Source of the DNA: Candidatus Lustribacter sp.
GTDB lineage: Bacteria > Vulcanimicrobiota > Vulcanimicrobiia > Vulcanimicrobiales > Vulcanimicrobiaceae
Reading direction: 5' to 3'
Assembly: GCA_965277805.1 (NCBI GenBank)
Contig: OZ255842.1
Coordinates: forward strand, 992,001 to 1,056,000
DNA length: 64,000 nt
Part shown: piece after piece, positions 48,517-57,335 of the stretch
Numbering within the stretch: the stretch's first letter is position 1
How the letters are laid out: each line of letters begins with the position of its first letter
Notes under the pieces: generated by a model
Database searches by the model: none
Told to the model about the DNA's origin: nothing
The model's input: only the letters and a program-made list of their open reading frames with translations
Translations under genes and position numbers: made by a program

Positions 48517-49686
48517 CTAACCGTGCAACGTCAGCTTTTGAACGCGCCAGTTGAGAACTTCCGCAACGTAAAGCGTATTGGCCGACGGCGCGGCCATCTG
48601 ATGGATCCAGCCGAACTGCCCGGGAAGTTTCCCGGCCCGTCCAAGCACCCCAACGACCGTCCCGTCGAGCGTCATCTTATAAATGCGTCCCGGAAACGCG
48701 TCGGCGGCGAACAGAAACTCGTTCGGCGGCGGTGAGATCGCCACGGCCCAGGGCGCGCCGGGACCTTGCGTTCCGCCGAGCGCGGCGCCCGTGGGAAGAT
48801 TACCGATCGGCGCCCGCGCGTCGGGCGGATAGTCGACGTCGATGACGATCTGCCGCAGAAGATTGCCGCCGCGGTCGAGTACCTGGATGCGGCGGTTACC
48901 GCGATCGGCGACGTAGATGCGATTCTGCGAATCGATCGCGATGCTGTGCGGCGTATTGAACTGCAGCGGTCCCTTACCGGGCGTACCCCACGACGACTTC
49001 CATATCCCATCCTTATCCGCCATCGCGATGCGCGAGTTGATGTAACCGTCGCTGATGTAGGTGTTGTCGTCGGTGTCCCACGCGACGTCGGTGACTTGGC
49101 GGAACCGCCCGTCCTCCGGGGGCAGCGGCGGGTTCGGATGCTTCAGCGGACCGGTGCCGTCGTCGGACGCCTCTTGCTTGCGCCCGAAGACCATCTCGAC
49201 GCGTCCGGCCGGCGTGAACTTCACGATCATGTCGGAACCCTTGTCGGTCACCCAGATATGATCGTGCCGGTCGACCTTCACCGTATGCGCGAACGACCAC
49301 GCATAGAGATGCTGCCCGATCTCGCGGATGAACTTGCCGTCGCTGCCGAACTCGAGCAGTTGCGTCGCGGCGGCGCCGTACGCCGGCCCGCTCGTGTTCC
49401 CGCGGGAGAGCACGAAGACGTGCCCTTGCGAATTCACCGCGACGCCGCTGCACTCACCGAGATACATGCCCGTCGGCGTCGTAATGAAATCGGCCGAGAA
49501 ATCATAGGCGATCGTCGGAACCTTCAGACCGCGGCCGGGTGGCGGCGGAAGGCTGCCGCCCGCGGCGTTGAGCTCGGCTTGGGCGACTTCCACGCCCCCG
49601 CCCATCGCGGCGGCACAGTGCGGGCACATCGCGGCCGCGGCTCCCGTTAGAGCGGCGGCGGAAACGAACAAACGGCGCGTCGGCAT
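48517..49686 (-). CDS. Tat-exported NHL-repeat beta-propeller (peptidyl-alpha-hydroxyglycine alpha-amidating lyase-like)
   Basis: TRRLFV twin-arginine signal; FAHTVKVD, YISDGYINSR, QFNTPHSI, YVADRGNRRIQV. Confidence 0.85.
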   Translation of the reverse strand: MPTRRLFVSAAALTGAAAAMCPHCAAAMGGGVEVAQAELNAAGGSLPPPPGRGLKVPTIAYDFSADFITTPTGMYLGECSGVAVNSQGHVFVLSRGNTSGPAYGAAATQLLEFGSDGKFIREIGQHLYAWSFAHTVKVDRHDHIWVTDKGSDMIVKFTPAGRVEMVFGRKQEASDDGTGPLKHPNPPLPPEDGRFRQVTDVAWDTDDNTYISDGYINSRIAMADKDGIWKSSWGTPGKGPLQFNTPHSIAIDSQNRIYVADRGNRRIQVLDRGGNLLRQIVIDVDYPPDARAPIGNLPTGAALGGTQGPGAPWAVAISPPPNEFLFAADAFPGRIYKMTLDGTVVGVLGRAGKLPGQFGWIHQMAAPSANTLYVAEVLNWRVQKLTLHG

Positions 49687-49701
49687 AGCGGACCCTCCGG
49701 T

Positions 49702-50208
49702 TTAACCGTGATAGAGTGGTGAGACTTCCATTTGTTTGAACTCGGACGCGAGATAGTCGAACATCGGCATCCACAAGAACGCGATCCAGCGGCACGGCGT
49801 GCCTTCTTCGAGATTGAAGTGCTGGTGCTCGATGCCGCCTTTTTTGATCGGCAGCAAGAAGAGATCGCCGCCTTCCCAATCCACGCGCTTGCCGTCGACC
49901 ATCGAGTAGCCTTTGCCCTCGATGATGTAGATGATGAAACCGCCCTGGTGGACGTGCTTGCCGGAGTGCGTCTTGATGTCTTGGGTGAAGACGCGCCAAT
50001 CCTGCAGCGGCGTATCCTTGTACGCTTGGCCGTTGAGGTAGTAGAACATCCGGCCTTGTTTGGTGATCATCCAGTCGCGCGGCTTGACGACGATCGGCCC
50101 GGTCTTTTGGCGCTCGTCGAACTCGGCCCGGCTTTGCAAGAACGTATCGTAGTGCGTCTTCTCGACCGGCGGCCGTTCGCGCTCGCGCGTGCGTTCGGTG
50201 TCGCTCAC
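49702..50208 (-). CDS. Cupin-domain protein (metal-binding His motif intact)
   Basis: GTG at 50208; HSGKHVHQGG.IIYIIEGKGYS...WEGGD...HQHFN. Confidence 0.85.
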   Translation of the reverse strand: MSDTERTRERERPPVEKTHYDTFLQSRAEFDERQKTGPIVVKPRDWMITKQGRMFYYLNGQAYKDTPLQDWRVFTQDIKTHSGKHVHQGGFIIYIIEGKGYSMVDGKRVDWEGGDLFLLPIKKGGIEHQHFNLEEGTPCRWIAFLWMPMFDYLASEFKQMEVSPLYHG

Positions 50209-50693
50209 GAGGTCGCACCCTTGACGTAGTCGGGCGAGGCTTCGATGAGATTGAATCCCGCGCCGCGATCGACGGTCGCCGTTTGGAACAGGTTCGGCTC
50301 GACGACGACGAATTTGGCCGGCTTGTCGGTGAGACCATTGAAGTGCTGCACGACGATGCCGTCGCGCCGCAGCGGCAGATTGAGCACGTCGTTTGCCGCC
50401 CACGGATGTTTGACACCGTCGACCAGCGTGTACCCCTCGCCCTCGAGGATGAACATCACCTGGCCGCCCTGGAACTGCAGGCGCCCCGAACGGCTTCCGG
50501 GCGGAAGTTCTTGCTCGTAAAAGTTCATCGTCTGCAGGCAGTTATTCTGCATCGCCGGATGCATGTACCAGCGCAGCAGGCCCATCGCGCTGTTTTCTTG
50601 CTGTTGCTTCGCGCCTTTGACGATGATGATCGGGTCTTTTAAATTTTCGCGCTGCTTGTCGCGGAGAGCAATGATCTCGTCCCAGTGGTTCAT
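50205..50693 (-). CDS. Cupin-domain protein (His ligands largely replaced)
   Basis: SRSGRLQFQGGQVMFILEGEGYT...WAAND...VQHFN; paralogue of the neighbouring cupin. Confidence 0.8.
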   Translation of the reverse strand: MNHWDEIIALRDKQRENLKDPIIIVKGAKQQQENSAMGLLRWYMHPAMQNNCLQTMNFYEQELPPGSRSGRLQFQGGQVMFILEGEGYTLVDGVKHPWAANDVLNLPLRRDGIVVQHFNGLTDKPAKFVVVEPNLFQTATVDRGAGFNLIEASPDYVKGATS

Positions 50694-50727
50694 TTTGGTG
50701 TCCTTCAAAGAATAGAATCTGAGGTCG

Positions 50728-51513
50728 TCATGCGATCAAGCGTTGCAGGACGCCTGTCGTGTCAATTTCTTCGCGAATGATCTTGAGCTGTTCGGCTGTC
50801 GGTACGTCCGTTAGCGGAACCGCGTCTTGGTCGACGACGAGTTCGAAGCCGGTCGCTGCTTGTACGCTCTCGACCGTCTGCCCCGGATGCACCGATCGCA
50901 GCCGCATGCGCCGGTCGGGCGTCTCGAAGTCCATCACGGCGAGCGGCGTGATCACGGCGCTCGTTCCCTTCGCCCACGGCGAGCGGTACTGTTCCAACTC
51001 GGGATCTTGCACGTAGCCGGGCCCGCTGACGAAATCCACCTTCGGCACGAAGAGCCGGGCGTGGTGGTGCTGCACGTAGAGCACCGTCCGCTTGACCGAC
51101 CCCATGAACGGCAATCCGATCGTTCCCGGACCGCGCACCTTCGGATGCGCATACTCACCGATGTTGGTGATGTTGACGTTGCCGTGCTGATCGATCTGCA
51201 TCCCGCCGAAACACAAGACGCTGAAGCGGCCGGTGAATTCGAAGTCGATCAGATCGGCGAGCGGCGCGCGGTACTCGGCGCCGGTGAGATTCCGGAAGTC
51301 GGCCGCCATCTCGACCAGCTTCGGGTTTTTCGAGTTCAGCGCGCCGCAGCCGCCGTAGATGAACCACATGTTCGGCGCGTGGGTCTTTTGCGCGAGCCGG
51401 ATGCCGCACAAGGGGATCTCCGACGCGGTCCCGATCGCGGCAAAGTCGTCGTCGCGCATCTCGCGCGCGATGGCCGTCGCCATCAGTTCGGCAATCGAAT
51501 ACGCCGGCGTCAT
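50728..51513 (-). CDS. CoA-transferase family I beta subunit-like (GctB/IpdB/AibB type)
   Basis: GGMQIDQHGNVN, RGPG, FVPKVDFVSGPG, VITPLAVMDF, SVHPG...TGFEL. Confidence 0.88.
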   Translation of the reverse strand: MTPAYSIAELMATAIAREMRDDDFAAIGTASEIPLCGIRLAQKTHAPNMWFIYGGCGALNSKNPKLVEMAADFRNLTGAEYRAPLADLIDFEFTGRFSVLCFGGMQIDQHGNVNITNIGEYAHPKVRGPGTIGLPFMGSVKRTVLYVQHHHARLFVPKVDFVSGPGYVQDPELEQYRSPWAKGTSAVITPLAVMDFETPDRRMRLRSVHPGQTVESVQAATGFELVVDQDAVPLTDVPTAEQLKIIREEIDTTGVLQRLIA

Positions 51514-52397
51514 TTCAGCTCCAGTGCGGCGAGGCGTTCGGGACCGGCGGCCTCGAGCAGCGCGCGGTCGCCGTGCGATCCATACACGTAGCGTTTGAGG
51601 TAGTCGGCCGTGCGGTCGTCTTTCGCATAGTCCTGATATTCCTCGAGGTGCGCCCGGTCGTAGCTGTACACGCCGGGACACGTGCCCGGGTAGGCGCCGT
51701 AGGGAGCGTGCACGACGGCTTCGACGAGGACGCCCGGCACGGTCGTCTGCGTCGGCGCCGCGGTGATAATGCTCGTATCCACGATCTCCTCAGCACTGAG
51801 GATAACGTGCGTTGACGCTTTCGCGATGATGTCTTCCATGTGCCGGCCCCCGAGGCTGACCCCGTTGCCGTATACGTCGGCCCTCGCAACGTGAATGAAC
51901 GCCCAGTCCGGCGCAAGCGGCGGCGTTGCGATCGCGGTGCGGCCGGTGAAGGGATCGGTGATCTCGCGATACACCTGCGGGCTCACTTTGGGGAGATCGT
52001 TCAGCTTGTGAATCGGCGGCAGCGCCACGAACGGTAAGCCGCCGGCCGCCGCGCGCAAGCCGAGGAAGATCGTCGGCTCGTCGACATCGACGATCTCGAC
52101 TTTGCCGGCCTCGACGATGCGCCGGAAGTTGTGCGCGAGTCCCATGAACTCCATGCCGATGTAGGACACCCACAGTTTGCGAACGACGCCCGCCGCAAGC
52201 AGCATATCGACCCACAGCCCGGTGGCCGGCGTCGGGATGATTTCGAGATCGCGAACGCCGCGGCGAATCAGCTCGCGCACGAGCGCCAACGGCGTGTTGC
52301 TGAAGTGGACGCCGCTCGCGATCACCTTCGCCCCGTCCGCGATGCCGGCGAGCGCTTCCGCCGCCGGCATGAGTTTACTGCTGCGCTGCGCGCTCAT
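51510..52397 (-). CDS. CoA-transferase family I alpha subunit-like (GctA/IpdA/AibA type)
   Basis: PLALVRELIRRG, LRAAAGGLPF, DPFTG, HVARADVYGN, APYGAYP...YSYD. Confidence 0.9.
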   Translation of the reverse strand: MSAQRSSKLMPAAEALAGIADGAKVIASGVHFSNTPLALVRELIRRGVRDLEIIPTPATGLWVDMLLAAGVVRKLWVSYIGMEFMGLAHNFRRIVEAGKVEIVDVDEPTIFLGLRAAAGGLPFVALPPIHKLNDLPKVSPQVYREITDPFTGRTAIATPPLAPDWAFIHVARADVYGNGVSLGGRHMEDIIAKASTHVILSAEEIVDTSIITAAPTQTTVPGVLVEAVVHAPYGAYPGTCPGVYSYDRAHLEEYQDYAKDDRTADYLKRYVYGSHGDRALLEAAGPERLAALELK

Positions 52398-53989
52398 TGC
52401 GACGCCTTCGTTCGTTCGGTTGAAGTGGGTATGCCGGCGCTGAGATCGGCGAACCGTTCGCGCAGCTCGCGTTTGACGACTTTATCCATGCTGTTTTTTG
52501 GCAATGACTCCGTGAAAACGATGCGTTTGGGCACTTTATAATTCGCGAGCGTCTTTTTGCAGCGCTCGAGCAGCGAGGCTTCATCGCCGGTCGCTGAGGG
52601 TTTCATCACAACAACGCCGACCAAGGCTTCGGTCCAATACGGATGCGCGACCCCGATCACGGCGGCTTCGGCGACGCCGGGGTCAGCGAGCAAGACTTCC
52701 TCCACCTCAACGGCCGAGATATTCATGCCGCCGCTGCGCACGATGTCTTTGATCCGGTCGGACATGAAGATGTAGCGTTCGTCGTCCATCCACGCGCCGT
52801 CGCCGGTGCGGAACCAGCCGTCACGCAACGCCTTCTCGATCTCGCCCGGACGATTCCAATAGTCGCGGATCATCGCGTCGGTGCGAATGACCAATTCGCC
52901 CACCTCGCCCGGCGGCGAGTTCCGGCCGGCGTCATCGATCACCCGCACGTCCGCGTGCAGTCCCTCGCGGCCGCACGAGCGCAAGCGCGCGATCCGCTTC
53001 TCGCGCAGCTCTTGCGAAATCCCATCGAGCGTGTGGTCGTCGGGCATCAAGTACGTGGTGAAGCCGCCGGACTCCAACGCGCCGTAGATCCCGAAGATCT
53101 TGCACGGGAACGAGGCGATCATCCGTTCCACCAGCTGTACGGGGAAGACCGCGCCGCCGTAGCCGATGACGCGCAAGCTGCTGAGGTCGGCCGAGTCGAA
53201 GGCCGCATCGTCGAGCAGCGCGATATACTGGCTCGGCACCGGCAGAAAGAACGTCGTCACGCGATGCGAGCCGATCGTGCGGAGAAATTCGGCCGCATCG
53301 AGCCGGGCTTGCAACACGATGCGCGCGCCGATATACGAGTACGACATCAAGAGCGACGAACCCAAACCCAGCGAGATCGGGGACGCAATGATCGTGCGCT
53401 CGTCGCTCGTATGCGGGATGTGCAGCAAGAAGTTGCGCGACCGGGTCAGCAGGTCGCTATGCGTGCTGACGACGCCTTTCGGCAGGCCCGTCGTTCCGCT
53501 CGTGAAGCGAATCGCATAGATGTCGTCTTCATCGACGTCGTAGCCGGGCTCGTCGCCGTCACCCGCGCGCACGTCGTCGTAAGCGATGAATCCGGGCGCG
53601 CTTCCGATGGATATTCGCCACTCGAGCGACTTGGCCGCGGCAATATCCTCGGCGAAACGGACAGCGGACTCCGCCGAGGCCACGATCGTCCGCGCCGCAA
53701 CGTCATCGAGCATGAACACGATCTCGCGTCCGACCAGCCCGCTGGGAATGGGCACGATCACCGCGCCAAGTTTTGCCGCGGCAAAATACGTGGCGGCCAG
53801 TTCGATCGACGAGGTCCCGAGCGCCGCGATACGATCGCCGCGCCGGAGCCCAAGCTCGAACAACCCGGCCGCCAAGTGGTTGACGTTCTCGTTAAATGCG
53901 CGCCACGTTACCGTCGCGCCGCCGGCCTCGAAAGCGATTCGCTCCGGATACCGGAAAGCGTTTCTCCGCGGAATATCGCCAATGCGCAC
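52394..53989 (-). CDS. AMP-dependent acyl-CoA synthetase/ligase
   Basis: FTSGTTGLPKG, YGALE, GWFRTGD, DRIKDIVRSGGMNI, LPKNSMDKV. Confidence 0.92.
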   Translation of the reverse strand: MRIGDIPRRNAFRYPERIAFEAGGATVTWRAFNENVNHLAAGLFELGLRRGDRIAALGTSSIELAATYFAAAKLGAVIVPIPSGLVGREIVFMLDDVAARTIVASAESAVRFAEDIAAAKSLEWRISIGSAPGFIAYDDVRAGDGDEPGYDVDEDDIYAIRFTSGTTGLPKGVVSTHSDLLTRSRNFLLHIPHTSDERTIIASPISLGLGSSLLMSYSYIGARIVLQARLDAAEFLRTIGSHRVTTFFLPVPSQYIALLDDAAFDSADLSSLRVIGYGGAVFPVQLVERMIASFPCKIFGIYGALESGGFTTYLMPDDHTLDGISQELREKRIARLRSCGREGLHADVRVIDDAGRNSPPGEVGELVIRTDAMIRDYWNRPGEIEKALRDGWFRTGDGAWMDDERYIFMSDRIKDIVRSGGMNISAVEVEEVLLADPGVAEAAVIGVAHPYWTEALVGVVVMKPSATGDEASLLERCKKTLANYKVPKRIVFTESLPKNSMDKVVKRELRERFADLSAGIPTSTERTKASQ

Positions 53990-54017
53990 CCGGCGGAGTT
54001 TGGCGGCGTCCCCCGCA

Positions 54018-54065
54018 TGTCATCCCGAGCTCAGGATGGCATCCCGAGCTTGTCGAGGGACCGCC
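54018..54065 (+). repeat. Palindromic repeat locus 7 (compound: partial, inverted end, full copy)
   Basis: TGTCATCCCGAGCTCAGGATGGCATCCCGAGCTTGTCGAGGGACCGCC. Confidence 0.85.
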
Positions 54066-54078
54066 GCAACCGCCGTCG

Positions 54079-54462
54079 TTAGGTTTTCTTGCGTTGGTGG
54101 ATGCCGAAGAAATTGCCGTCGGGATCGCTGCCGAACGCCATGAAGCAGACCGGCGTCTCGAACGGATCGGCCAGCTTTGCGCCGTTCTCGCGGAACTGCT
54201 TGACAGCCGCATTGATGTCGGCAACGGCGAAGAGCGCGGCGTAGCCCTTTCCGTTCGTCGGATTGTCGGCCGGCTGCCACACGCCGAACGTCGTGCCGTC
54301 GGAGAGTTCGAACTCGGCGCCGCTCTCTTCGTCGTCAATGGCGGTCGGCTTCATGCCGAGGACATCGCGATAGAAGGCGATCAAGCGCTTTGCATCCGTT
54401 GTAGCGGGGCCGAAAATGTCGACACCGGTGATTTGCGTGCCGGCGGGGGCGGTGGTTGCCAT
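54079..54462 (-). CDS. VOC/glyoxalase family protein
   Basis: AFYRDVLGM, FAVADINAA, DPDGNFFGIHQ; RBS GAGGAG. Confidence 0.9.
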   Translation of the reverse strand: MATTAPAGTQITGVDIFGPATTDAKRLIAFYRDVLGMKPTAIDDEESGAEFELSDGTTFGVWQPADNPTNGKGYAALFAVADINAAVKQFRENGAKLADPFETPVCFMAFGSDPDGNFFGIHQRKKT

Positions 54463-54509
54463 GGGAAGTTCTCCTCGGTTTTGGGTTGTTTTGACTAGCC
54501 TACCAGGCT

Positions 54510-54534
54510 ATACTTGACAGGTAATGTCAGGTAT
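54510..54534. promoter_or_regulatory. Palindromic operator, probable WYL/YafY-type binding site
   Basis: ATACTTGACA-GGTAA-TGTCAGGTAT (TGACA-N5-TGTCA core) between the divergent VOC and WYL genes. Confidence 0.65.
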
Positions 54535-54543
54535 CTCGAACCG

Positions 54544-55545
54544 GTGAAATCCGATCGGCTTCTGGCCCTTTTACTCGCACTGCAGCAAGCCGGAAAGCAA
54601 TCGGCCACCGCCTTGGCCGAGCAGCTGGAAGTCTCGGTGCGAACGATCTACCGCGATGCCGATGCGCTCTCGGCGGCGGGCGTGCCGGTCTATGCCGAGC
54701 GCGGCAGCCACGGCGGCATCGTGCTCGCGGATGCCTATCGCGACACGCTCGCGCGATTCGACGAAAACGAAGTGCGCGCGCTGTTCGTCTCGAGCGACGA
54801 CGCGCTGGCGGATATCGGCCTGACCGGCGGACACCGCAGCGCGCTCGACAAACTCGCGCGCGCGATGCCGGCGCGCTCGCGCGAGCAGCTCGGCGCAACG
54901 CGCGGCCGCGTCCATATCGACGGCCGGCGTTGGATCGGCGTATCGCCGCCGTCCGCTGCGCTCGCCACATTGCGCGAGGCGGTATGGAACGATCGCTGGG
55001 TGACGATCGCCTATACGGATCGCGGCGGCAAGGTCACGCGCCGCACGCTCGAGCCGTTCGGGCTCGTCACGAAAGCCGGTATCTGGTATCTGATCGCCCG
55101 CGATCGCGGTAGCGTCAAGACGTTTCGCGTTCAGCGCGTTGCCAGGGCGCGCATGCTCGAACGGCGTTTCACGCGCCCGAGCACCTTCGACGCCGGCGAG
55201 TACTGGAAGGACGTCGCCTCCCACGTCGCGCGCGAAGAAGAACCATACATCGCCACATTCCGCATGACGCGCCGCGGCCTCGCGAACGCATTGGTGTATT
55301 GCCACGTCGAATCGAAGACCCGCGTGCGCAACGCGCGGCGCGCGGAATGGCTCGTGCGCATCAAGTTCCCCGTCTTCGAAGCCGCGCTGCACGAAGCAAT
55401 CAGCTGGCACGACGACGGCATCGCGGTCGACCCGCCCGAGCTCTGCCGCCGCATCCACGCCCACGCAAGCGAACTAGCAAACCTCTACCATCCCCGTCAT
55501 CCCGAGCTTGTCGAGGGACAGCCACCCAGCGCCGTCGCCGGCTAA
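54544..55545 (+). CDS. HTH-WYL (YafY-type) transcriptional regulator
   Basis: LAEQLEVSVRTIYRD...LSAAGVPVYAERG; RTLEPFGLV.KAGIWYL; FRVQRV. Confidence 0.92.
   Translation: MKSDRLLALLLALQQAGKQSATALAEQLEVSVRTIYRDADALSAAGVPVYAERGSHGGIVLADAYRDTLARFDENEVRALFVSSDDALADIGLTGGHRSALDKLARAMPARSREQLGATRGRVHIDGRRWIGVSPPSAALATLREAVWNDRWVTIAYTDRGGKVTRRTLEPFGLVTKAGIWYLIARDRGSVKTFRVQRVARARMLERRFTRPSTFDAGEYWKDVASHVAREEEPYIATFRMTRRGLANALVYCHVESKTRVRNARRAEWLVRIKFPVFEAALHEAISWHDDGIAVDPPELCRRIHAHASELANLYHPRHPELVEGQPPSAVAG
55495..55520 (+). repeat. Palindromic repeat copy 8 (in frame in WYL gene C-terminus)
   Basis: CGTCATCCCGAGCTTGTCGAGGGACA, read as RHPELVEG. Confidence 0.88.
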
Positions 55546-56408
55546 GCCGTCCGGATAACCGCCCCGTCAAGCGCATACGGCGCATAGAGAAAATCACGAA
55601 TCCGCAGCACGCTACCGTTGTGCCAATCGAGCAAGACGAAGTATGAGACGTCGTTCGGCGCGGCCTCTTCGTAGACGAGCACGGCGGGATGACCGTCGAC
55701 AGAGCCCAGTTCGAAATGCCGCGGCGTCGCCTTTGCATAGTTGGTGAAGTAATTCTGCACTTCGACCTTCCCGACGAGCTGACGGCGATTCACCAGATCC
55801 AGCCGCACTTCTTCGGCGAGCATCGAGCGCACGGCGTCGTAGTCGCGCGCGTTGAAGCGATCGATGTACGCCGCCAGCAGCGTGCGTTCCGTCGGGGAAA
55901 GCACCGGCGGCGGGAAATCCTCCGGTTCTTTGGCGAGCTCGTGCAATCGCGTGCGTCCGCGGTGCAATGCCGACTTCACCGCCGGCAGGCTCGCCTCCAT
56001 GATCTCCCCGATCTCGTTGAGCGAGTACCCCAGCACGTCCATCAAAATGACGCTGCTGCGCTGCACGGTCGGCAATCGCATGAACGTCCGCAAACTGGTG
56101 GAGAGCAACTCGGGATCGGGCTGCTCGTCATCGGGATCGACCATTGTTTCGGGATCCTCATTCGACTGCCGAGCTTGCGCCCGGGCCTGACGCCGCAAGA
56201 AATCGAGCGCCGCATTATGCGCGATACGAAAGAGCCACCGCTCCGGCTGCGCCACGTCATCCGCCTGCGCCCGCGCGCGGACGGCCTTAACCAAGGCCTC
56301 CTGAAGCACGTCCTCGCCATCAACCACATTGCCGGTCATGCGCGAGCAATACCGATGCAGCTTCCCCCGCAACCCCACCACCAGCAGCTCAAACTCACCA
56401 TCCGTCAT
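55542..56408 (-). CDS. ECF sigma-70 factor with C-terminal SnoaL-like domain
   Basis: LHRYCSRMTG..DGEDVLQEA, WLFRIAHN, VKSALHRGR, YIDRFNARD. Confidence 0.9.
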   Translation of the reverse strand: MTDGEFELLVVGLRGKLHRYCSRMTGNVVDGEDVLQEALVKAVRARAQADDVAQPERWLFRIAHNAALDFLRRQARAQARQSNEDPETMVDPDDEQPDPELLSTSLRTFMRLPTVQRSSVILMDVLGYSLNEIGEIMEASLPAVKSALHRGRTRLHELAKEPEDFPPPVLSPTERTLLAAYIDRFNARDYDAVRSMLAEEVRLDLVNRRQLVGKVEVQNYFTNYAKATPRHFELGSVDGHPAVLVYEEAAPNDVSYFVLLDWHNGSVLRIRDFLYAPYALDGAVIRTA

Positions 56409-56499
56409 ACTGCCCTGACGTTCGTGGCGCTTCAAAAGATTCTCTTGAGTTATGACAGGGTGGGAGAATCCTTTCGGCACGGTCGGTCGTCATAGCGGC

Positions 56500-56805
56500 A
56501 TGGAACAGATAATCATTCGCTACAAAACCAAGCCCGAAGCTACGGCCAAAAATACAGAGCTCATCGAAAACGTCTTCCGCGAACTAACCGCCGCCGCACC
56601 CGAAGGCGTGAGCTACGCCGTCCTGCGGACCGACGATGGTACGTTCTTTCACATTGCGTCCTACGAGAGCGAAGAAGCGAATGAACGGCTCACCGGCCTG
56701 CCCGCGTTCGAAGCGTTCCAAAAGGACGGCCAGTCACGCCGCATCACCCCGCCCGAACGCAACGAAGTCACCGTCGTCGGCAACTACCGCATTCTCCCGA
56801 CGTAA
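56500..56805 (+). CDS. Small hypothetical protein, ABM-like dimeric alpha-beta barrel
   Basis: IRYKTKPE...N.ELIENVFREL...DGTFFH...LPAFEAF; divergent partner of the ECF gene. Confidence 0.7.
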   Translation: MEQIIIRYKTKPEATAKNTELIENVFRELTAAAPEGVSYAVLRTDDGTFFHIASYESEEANERLTGLPAFEAFQKDGQSRRITPPERNEVTVVGNYRILPT

Positions 56806-56810
56806 GCTGG

Positions 56811-56841
56811 GTGGCGGCCACTCGACAAGCTCGGGGTGGCG
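56811..56841 (-). repeat. Palindromic repeat copy 9 (only inverted copy)
   Basis: Reverse complement is CGCCACCCCGAGCTTGTCGAGTGGCCGCCAC. Confidence 0.75.
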
Positions 56842-56917
56842 CCGGTCTCGGACGATTGTGAGGATTCGCAGCGATACTGAGAGGGCAATCTCCATCCCAT
56901 CGAAGGAAGTCCTCAGT

Positions 56918-57331
56918 ATGATGCGTTTCTTTCCGGTCCTCACCGCGGCGGCCGCGCTCGCCCTGACAGTCAGCGCGTTCACCCTGGGCGACCTCGCGCT
57001 CGGCCGCATCGCGCCGGCCTCGGCGCAGGCGGCACCGGCACCGGGCGGTGCTCAAGGCTACGCTAAAGGACGTCGGCGGTTCGCGAAGATGCTGTTGTCG
57101 CTCAATCTCTCGGACGGCCAGAAGAACCAGATCCGTTCGATCATGGCCGATGCCCGCGCCAAGAGCAAAACGCTGACCGATCCGCAGGACAAGCGCAAAG
57201 CGATGTTCGGCGCGTTCAAGAACATCGAGGCCGTCCTCACCCCCGCGCAAAAGACCAAGCTCCATGCCGAGCAGGCCGCCTACAAAGCGCACGAAGGCCC
57301 TCCGGGCGGAGGCAATCCCGGCGGATCGTAG
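56918..57331 (+). CDS. Spy/CpxP-like (LTXXQ) periplasmic protein
   Basis: Signal peptide; LNLSDGQK and VLTPAQK motifs. Confidence 0.8.
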   Translation: MMRFFPVLTAAAALALTVSAFTLGDLALGRIAPASAQAAPAPGGAQGYAKGRRRFAKMLLSLNLSDGQKNQIRSIMADARAKSKTLTDPQDKRKAMFGAFKNIEAVLTPAQKTKLHAEQAAYKAHEGPPGGGNPGGS

Positions 57332-57335
57332 TCTC

